A stretch of DNA of 64,000 nt from Rhodosorus marinus CCMP1338 (Eukaryota > Plantae > Rhodophyta). Position 1 is the stretch's first letter. Every line of letters begins with the position of its first letter. The translations under genes and the position numbers were made by a program. The notes under the pieces are model-generated. The model ran no database searches. It saw only the letters and a program-made list of their open reading frames with translations, and was not told the DNA's origin. Where the stretch lies: positions 558,001 to 622,000 of the forward strand of contig JAMWBK010000012.1 in NCBI GenBank assembly GCA_029953675.1, given 5' to 3'. This document shows, one piece after another, positions 57,458 through 64,000 of this stretch.

Positions 57458-60407
57458 GGTTATTCCTCACGTCAAGGACACCAAAAACACTTCCTCCCAC
57501 AATCCTCTCCCCGAGCAAACTTCACCTTCCTGCTCTCGTCATAGAGTCTGGATCTGACACCATTCCTCCTCAAACCCCAATCACCATCCACAACCAGCCA
57601 GGCCCCATGTCCACCATGCCCCACGCGTTCCCTTTATTAATGATCTTCATCAATAGGTATATAAACGTTCTGTCTTGAACGAATCTGATCTTTACAAAAG
57701 AAATCAAATAAAGTTTTCGCTGAAAGAAGAGGACCACTAACAATTGTTCAGCAGCTGCCTATCCCTTTCGAAAATCCTCATCTTGGCTAAGATACGTTCC
57801 AACCAATGGACACCCAACAGCCGAGGTGAACAGGTAAGCCGGTGTCCAGGCCGTGGATTGTGCGAACAGCGAGACTACATTACGATCCAAGCCGGATATT
57901 TATCGTTTTTCTTTTTTGCGGGGTATCGGCGTCAGGATGGTCTCTTAGAGATTGGTTTTCCGTTAGAAGCCTTTGCTCCTTTCCCAGATGGCGGGGACTC
58001 TGGCAGCTCAGCTACACGTCATAAACAGCTTTATCTCAACCGGTTGATGTTATATATAATATTTTCGTCTTTTTCAATTGGGAGAAGAACAATGGGTAAA
58101 AAATTGTTCGTTGGCAGCCGATCGATTAAAATGGTGTTGTGAAAGTAAGTTGGCCGCAGGACTGGAGAAACTCCCTTAGCAATCCCAGAGCGCGGAGTCA
58201 CTTGTGATGAGCCTCTCGTCGCCCTTGCGATTTCTTGCTGCACGCACAAGAGGTCGTTGAGTTATAGTATATAACCTTTTTGTCAACATTCAGCCGCGTT
58301 CATCGCAACATACTCCTTAAACGCCAAGACCAGCTCCACTCACCATCGCCATCTGTTTCATCCTTCCGTTGGGACCAATGAACTCCACTTTTGACCTGGG
58401 CTTTACTAGCTTTTGAGCTTGGAGAAGTACACGGATTAAGCCTCTTCGCTAGTCTTGTTTTATCTCCTGTTCTCCGAACAAAATGAGGTTCCCGCGCCCA
58501 CCTCTAAGCCCCATTCATTCAGTGGAGAATGGATGGCCGGAGATTTGCTGATGTGATCATGCGTACAGAATGAAACTGTTCACGCATCGAACTTTTCTGA
58601 CTACGCATCGAACTTTTCTCCCAATTAAAACGGGCGAATGTCTCCCAACGGTATTTATCCTTAAATATATCTAAAATACTTCTTCGACTTTCTTGCGCGA
58701 ATATTTGCATTAAAATCGTGCTTTTTCACACTACTGAAAATTTGCTCAAAAACCAGGAATTCCAAAAACAAAGATAAAATGAACAGTTTTCCCCCTTTTT
58801 CGTAGGGTAACAAAGAAAACGGTTTGGCGGACAAGGATTAGGTTGCTGTATGGCGATACGCACTACAGTCATCAGCTGCCTTGCTTCTCGGTCCTCAGTC
58901 AGCTTTCCAGTAATAGCAGGCTGAGCTAAATTATGCTCGACTGTGCCAGAATCTATGGAGGTACAACACTTATTTTAGCCTCGATGGTATTGCACATCCC
59001 GATGAAGTAAGTGTATAAACACGATGAATCCCTCCATTCTTTCGAGCTTAGCTAGAATGTAAGGTTATAAACACGATGGAATCTTCGATGCTTTTGAGGT
59101 TAGCTTGAACGTAGATAAGCAAGAAAGTAGGGAAGAAGAACCAGAGTTAGAAAAGAAAATTTAATTTTGGTATAAACTACCTAATTAGGGAGTAATTAGG
59201 AGGAAGTAAATCTTGAATTCTGGAATAATTGAGGAAGTACCCATGTGGACACTTGGGAAGTGTTATGCCACAACCGTGAGAAGGACAAGCTGTCACTCTT
59301 AGGTATTGAGTCATGATTGCCTATAAGCTGGACCCTGTTGTAAACATTCTAACGGTTTTGAGTACTTGGGAAAGCCCGCAGCATTGGAGTGAAGAAGAAT
59401 CTACTCTTCCAACGCGCCTCAAAAGAAGAAGATTAAAGTCCAATCAATTGTCGTTGTTGATTGACGAATATTGGATGTAAATCGGTCGTTATCGGGCTGT
59501 TATCAGTCTGCGTTGTTTTCTTTCCAGTTCAGGTCTGATAAGCATGTGTCGGACCCGAGCGAGGAACTTAATGAAGTCTAATTCCAAGACTTTACTAACC
59601 ACTGTTTGGAACTAGGGCCTAGGTTGACGCGGGCACAGTAAACAAGTGTATTACGATGCTCCCTCTAACAGATCCCTACGGAAGCACTTGCAAATCACCC
59701 TATCCGACCCTCACTGTGATCACTGACGAATACTGCAGTCGGCGTATTCGTAAACGTTGCGCACTAAAGTCCACCCACCCTACCCGTCCGGAATAAATAC
59801 TTCGTCAGCCCACCAACTATCCTGCCGAACACTTGGAACTTCTTTTTTCAATATCTGACATTTCGTTTATATCCCTTTGTTTTCTTCTCTTTCTTTCTGA
59901 CTACTGCTACTCTCACTACCCCTACTGCGCCGAAATCTTCTTCGTGACCTCTGATCGACGTCATCCTATCAATCCCAAGAAACTACTTAAAATTATACTG
60001 GTACTAAAAACTACTGAAATACAAGTATCGTTCTTCTCAGCTGGTTATATTGAAAACCGTCGTGGTTGCTGGAATTCCGGCTCTGGCATTGAATAGTGAT
60101 CATTTTCGTGTGTGACAGACTGTCACTCTCGATGAAATGGTTTTTCTATATGAATGATGAATCACAGCAACCGTCGATTAGCGACATCGGGACTTGGTAT
60201 AATATCCGAAGTCCGAGTAGTGATAGAGGGGATAGAGTGGAGAAGAGTACTCTTCTCTTCTTGAGACGGGTGAGATCTTAAGTGGATTGTATCTATTGCG
60301 TATTGGTGTACGCTTCACCATCGAATCGCATAGACGGTTAGCGGGAAGGAGTTCACGAAAGCGGAATCTGTCTTCTTCAGGTTTATTCAGAGCCTAACTA
60401 CCTAACT

Positions 60408-60611
60408 GGCTTTATTAGCATAGCCTACAGCGCTACGTAAACCGTTAAAAGGAACTAAGAACTAGGTAGGGAAGCGTGCAAACCCAGGCGCCGATGGCGC
60501 GCCTCGGCAAGCATGCTGCTCGAATATCGCCACAGAGAGACACTTAAGCGCCGCAAAAGTTCCAAGTATTCAACAGGATGCTCAGTGAAACATTTCCGCA
60601 ACCACTCCAAA
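60408..60611 (-). mobile_element. Family B2 short copy
   Basis: 3' end of the RLE ORF + hairpin + tail; imperfect TSD CC(T/C)AACT at 60401-60407 and 60612-60618. Confidence 0.85.
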
Positions 60612-60849
60612 CCCAACTAGCTTGTACACTTAGGTTGTATTTCTCGTAACTTGGGTTTGAAATAAAAGGTCGGATCAAATCGCCGCGTTCTACACACTGG
60701 TCAAAAATCGCTCGTTTTCGTTTTCCTCTGTTTGTGAATATTTTAATCAGTGTAGGGTTACGGTTCAGGCCGAGGATCTTCAATCGTAACGGGATAGTAA
60801 TTGATTGACTCTTCCATAAGGGGATCCGGTTGTTTAGTCCTTGTGGATC

Positions 60850-61290
60850 CGAAACCGGGACCTACCCAAGGCATACTTTGTTTTCCAGAGTATAGTCGAC
60901 TCCGCCTGGCAGAATCTCGGAGATTCTGTTGCGCGGTGCAACGTTTCGTTGGCGCTGCCCTTCTGAACTCCGGATCCGCTCCCAATCGATTAAACGAGGC
61001 GGTTGACATGCTAATGGATGCAGGCGATCCAAACCTACCCGGTGAACGGCAGACTTGTCCAAACGCCAGCTGCTCCACCCCAGCCAATCGATTTGCTGCA
61101 AAAGCTTAAAATAGAACGGCCGTAGAAAAGTAGCAGTGGCCCAACTCACGAAAAGACGTCTATAAACCTGTCTAAAAACGGACGTCGCGCCAAGTATGTT
61201 GACCTTGCCGTTCCAAATTCAAAGGCTACTATTCGCATCCTTCCAGTGGAGTTTCCTGCTGCAGCGCATGGAAGCTGCGTTGATGTTTAG
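60850..61290 (+). pseudogene. Decayed RLE-domain remnant of a CRE-like element
   Basis: KNGRRAKYVDLAVPNSKA resembles family A DDSRRTTYVDLAVPNPQA. Confidence 0.45.
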
Positions 61291-61484
61291 CTGGGCGTGA
61301 TTCACGCCTTCAGGCGTCCGTTGCAGGGCGAAGAATGTAGCCATCATCGTTGTCTTGTAAACGGAATGTATTTACTTGCTCACAGGCTAACGAAGCCCTG
61401 ACTGGCGCTACCCAAGAGCTCAATGTTCAGAAGCTGTACTGGGTTGTGATCGCGAAGTCTCTAGCGGACGAAGCTGTCTCGCGC

Positions 61485-63815
61485 CTACTGTGGCATATGC
61501 GTTTTGACCCGTCGGCAGGGAATGCCTTCAGAATTCCTGCCGGCAACCTTCTTGAAGTACTGGACGCTGTGCTTCTTGCACACAGGTGTGTTCTTCGCAA
61601 CGAATCCCCCAGCGTTGGGGGCGCAGACGCACTTGCTCTTCGCGCACTCCTTCAGCTCGCAGAGCCCGCTAAACGGCCTGATGGGTTTGAGGCACTTCTC
61701 GGACGATTTCACGCAGTGGCACTCGTCGATTTCGTTGATACACCTCTCGATCGCCTTCGGGATCATTTCCTCTTTCGGCATCTTCACACCGTTTGTTCCA
61801 ACTCCGAGTGCTTCAGCCATGAGGTGGAACACGTGCGTGTTGTCTTGGTTGAACTTCACGCCATCAGCTCCAGGGCCGTAGGCAAAGATTCCTACATCGC
61901 ATATCGAATGGACTGCTTTTGAGTCCGACGGGTTGAGATTTCCTCCTATGAAGATTCCGTCCTTGTCGTCCTCTGGATTGTTCAGGTACATGCCGACCTC
62001 ATCACTGAACTTTGCCGGCGTCTTTTTGGTCTCGCCAACCCTGTAGTTCACCGTGTGGTCGGGAAAGTTGTTCGCCCCAGCTGCAAGAACTGTCCTCACG
62101 TCCCAGTTATCTGGGAACCCATCACCATCCTTGTCCTCGTAGTCTGGATATCCCGCGCCGCTGCGGTAGCTGCCGATCGCTTTCCTCTTCGCGAGAGATA
62201 GCTCGCGCACCGGCGAAGCCACGTCGCTTGCGAAATAGAATTTGTAGCTCTTGGCGCCGCACTGGACGTCCTTCTGGTAGTTGGTGTAGTCCGAGTTCTC
62301 CTTACATCCGGCATCGGCCTCCTTCCATACCTTGGTATCGACTGTTCCGTAGACATCCCATCCATGTCCATGATCCGCTGTAACGATAAGCAGCGTGTCG
62401 TCCCCGTTCTTCTGAATCCAGTCCTTCACCTTCCCAACGGTGTTGTCTAGCTCGATGGCATCCGCAATCAGTCTATGGGTGTCGAGCTGATGGGCCATCT
62501 TGTCGATGGACCCAGCCTCAATCATGAGGTAAAATCCGTTCTCGTTCCTGCTCAGAACTTGGAGGGCTGAGTCGACCATTTCATCCAAATTCGGCTGTCC
62601 TCGTCCATCCTTAACCTTCTCCGGGTTCGGGCTGTTGGACTTGTCGTAGAGATTCTTCTTGTACACGTTCCTATCCAGCCAGACATTCATATCGCCGGCG
62701 TGGGAAATGTTGAGCAGCTTCTTCGTCTTCTTGTTCTTCGCGGCCCTCTTCATCTGTCCCTTGGTGTATGTGACGTTGTATCCCGCGTCCTCGTACGCCT
62801 TGAACATGTCGGATCCATCATGCGAGGACGAGGGCATGAAGTACTTCCCACCGCCACCCATGAGCACATCAGGCATGACTGGGAATCTGCAAGTGGGGCA
62901 TCCTTCTATCCCTTGACGGGTAGTCTCAGCAGAGGCCCTCCTGTTTCGATTATGTGAGAACACCGCGGCTGGAGTAGCATCCTGCACCTCGGCAGTCGTT
63001 ACAACGCCGACGGACATTCCCATACTCTTTACATGCTCCGCGAGAAGCTCGACCTTTGGATGCTCCAGGCTGACGTCATCGTCTGTGTTAGAATCTACAA
63101 AGACCCCAAAGGCGTTCACCGACGACTTGAATCCAGTGTTGTAGGCAGAAGCCGAGTTCGCTGAGTCCGTGATGATGGAGTCCACGCCAGCCGGGTTCAC
63201 GAGTCCAAAGTGGGGAAGGCTCTGCATGTTCAGAAGATCCTTGTACTTCCCATCTGCCATTCCTCTGGACAGCAGGCGAGCTGCAGACACCATGTTGATG
63301 TTCATTCCGTCTCCAATCATCAGGATCACGTTCTTCGCAACCCTCTTCGTAGGGTGGTGAACGTTCCACATGATGCTTGACACACTTGTGGGCGTGGTTA
63401 CGGTAGTCTTGATATCTCCCTTTCCAAATTTGCTCCCTATCTTCACGTTGTCGTACTTGACCGCAACCACATCGTACAGTTCCGAGGTATCGTCCACGAC
63501 GCTGTCTCGCACCTCAAGCGTCCATCTTCTCTCTCTCCCGTTTACGCCGGGGAAGAACTCCCCCACGCTGTACTCTTCTCCCGTCGCCATCACTGTGAAA
63601 ACAACCTCAATGTCCTCCATGGACGCATCCTCACCCTGCTTTACGTGATACTCAACCTCAAAGTCGAAAACAGTTTCGCACTGAAACTCTGCTGCGTTTA
63701 TTGGGTAGATGCATACGTCGCTGTCCATAACACATCCGAAATGTCTCTGTGACGGCTCCTGTAGAGAAACCGCCATAGAAAAGAGGACCGCAACCACCAA
63801 GACCTTCAAATCCAT
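61485..63815 (-). CDS. phoA: Secreted alkaline phosphatase (PhoA/ALP family) with extra N-terminal domain and Cys-rich C-terminal tail
   Basis: KNVILMIGDGM, TDSANSASA (catalytic Ser), DATPAA..SH, GFYLMIEAGSIDKMAH, VTADHGH; signal-peptide-like N-terminus. Confidence 0.93.
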   Translation of the reverse strand: MDLKVLVVAVLFSMAVSLQEPSQRHFGCVMDSDVCIYPINAAEFQCETVFDFEVEYHVKQGEDASMEDIEVVFTVMATGEEYSVGEFFPGVNGRERRWTLEVRDSVVDDTSELYDVVAVKYDNVKIGSKFGKGDIKTTVTTPTSVSSIMWNVHHPTKRVAKNVILMIGDGMNINMVSAARLLSRGMADGKYKDLLNMQSLPHFGLVNPAGVDSIITDSANSASAYNTGFKSSVNAFGVFVDSNTDDDVSLEHPKVELLAEHVKSMGMSVGVVTTAEVQDATPAAVFSHNRNRRASAETTRQGIEGCPTCRFPVMPDVLMGGGGKYFMPSSSHDGSDMFKAYEDAGYNVTYTKGQMKRAAKNKKTKKLLNISHAGDMNVWLDRNVYKKNLYDKSNSPNPEKVKDGRGQPNLDEMVDSALQVLSRNENGFYLMIEAGSIDKMAHQLDTHRLIADAIELDNTVGKVKDWIQKNGDDTLLIVTADHGHGWDVYGTVDTKVWKEADAGCKENSDYTNYQKDVQCGAKSYKFYFASDVASPVRELSLAKRKAIGSYRSGAGYPDYEDKDGDGFPDNWDVRTVLAAGANNFPDHTVNYRVGETKKTPAKFSDEVGMYLNNPEDDKDGIFIGGNLNPSDSKAVHSICDVGIFAYGPGADGVKFNQDNTHVFHLMAEALGVGTNGVKMPKEEMIPKAIERCINEIDECHCVKSSEKCLKPIRPFSGLCELKECAKSKCVCAPNAGGFVAKNTPVCKKHSVQYFKKVAGRNSEGIPCRRVKTHMPQ

Positions 63816-64000
63816 TATCTTCTCAGTAAATATCGTTCTTAAGCGGAATCACTGAGTAACACTGGGAATCGATACTCAAGCCTCCCTCGCGTTCTCTTTT
63901 ACTTCTTCTTCTAAGACTTTCCTCTCCCTAGCTTTAACATCAGCCCGAGCATTCTTATACTCGAAGGCTATGACTATAGATCACTAAGAGAAGCATTCCC

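Noticed and set aside
57700-60400. Short ORFs and a GTAAG splice-like site upstream of ABCG; small tandem duplications at 58582-58619 and ~59018-59115
   Set aside because: No coherent coding signal or homology; ordinary intergenic sequence
61485-63815. Bacterial contaminant phoA
   Set aside because: It is contiguous with eukaryotic TE-rich DNA and an ABCG gene, and has a eukaryotic-style signal peptide and Cys-rich tail
1-64000. tRNA, rRNA, snRNA or snoRNA genes
   Set aside because: No convincing T-loop/cloverleaf or U-snRNA signatures were seen by eye; tRNAscan-SE/Infernal would be needed to exclude them

Overview
Eukaryotic, intron-poor genomic DNA. The gene style resembles a unicellular red alga, but that is an inference only. 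About 1-55 kb is a dense field of non-LTR retrotransposons of the RT + CCHC knuckle + restriction-like endonuclease (RLE) type, most similar to the CRE clade. Family A has one apparently full-length two-ORF copy (27787-32370, 7-bp TSD) plus many 5'-truncated copies ending in (ATTC/GTTC)n. Family B has at least three subfamilies and many truncated, nested and tandem copies that end in a stem-loop plus (AGTAAAGTCC/AATAAAGCC)n tails. Decayed pieces of a third lineage are also present. The host genes all encode secreted or membrane proteins: five paralogues of a 26-Cys secreted protein with shared promoters, a Tyr/Lys/Cys-rich secreted protein, a secreted coiled-coil protein, an ABCG half-transporter and a PhoA-type alkaline phosphatase. 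The most striking signals come from family B: a preference for CT^AG sites that mirror its own 3' end, two independent insertions at the same nucleotide of its own antisense copies, reiterated telomerase-like tails, template jumps at a 3' hairpin loop, and micro-insertions of only 12-39 nt with TSDs. Both families have YHDD RT active sites, and family A carries an ORF1 with no motif I recognise. No rRNA, tRNA, snRNA or CRISPR array was recognised.
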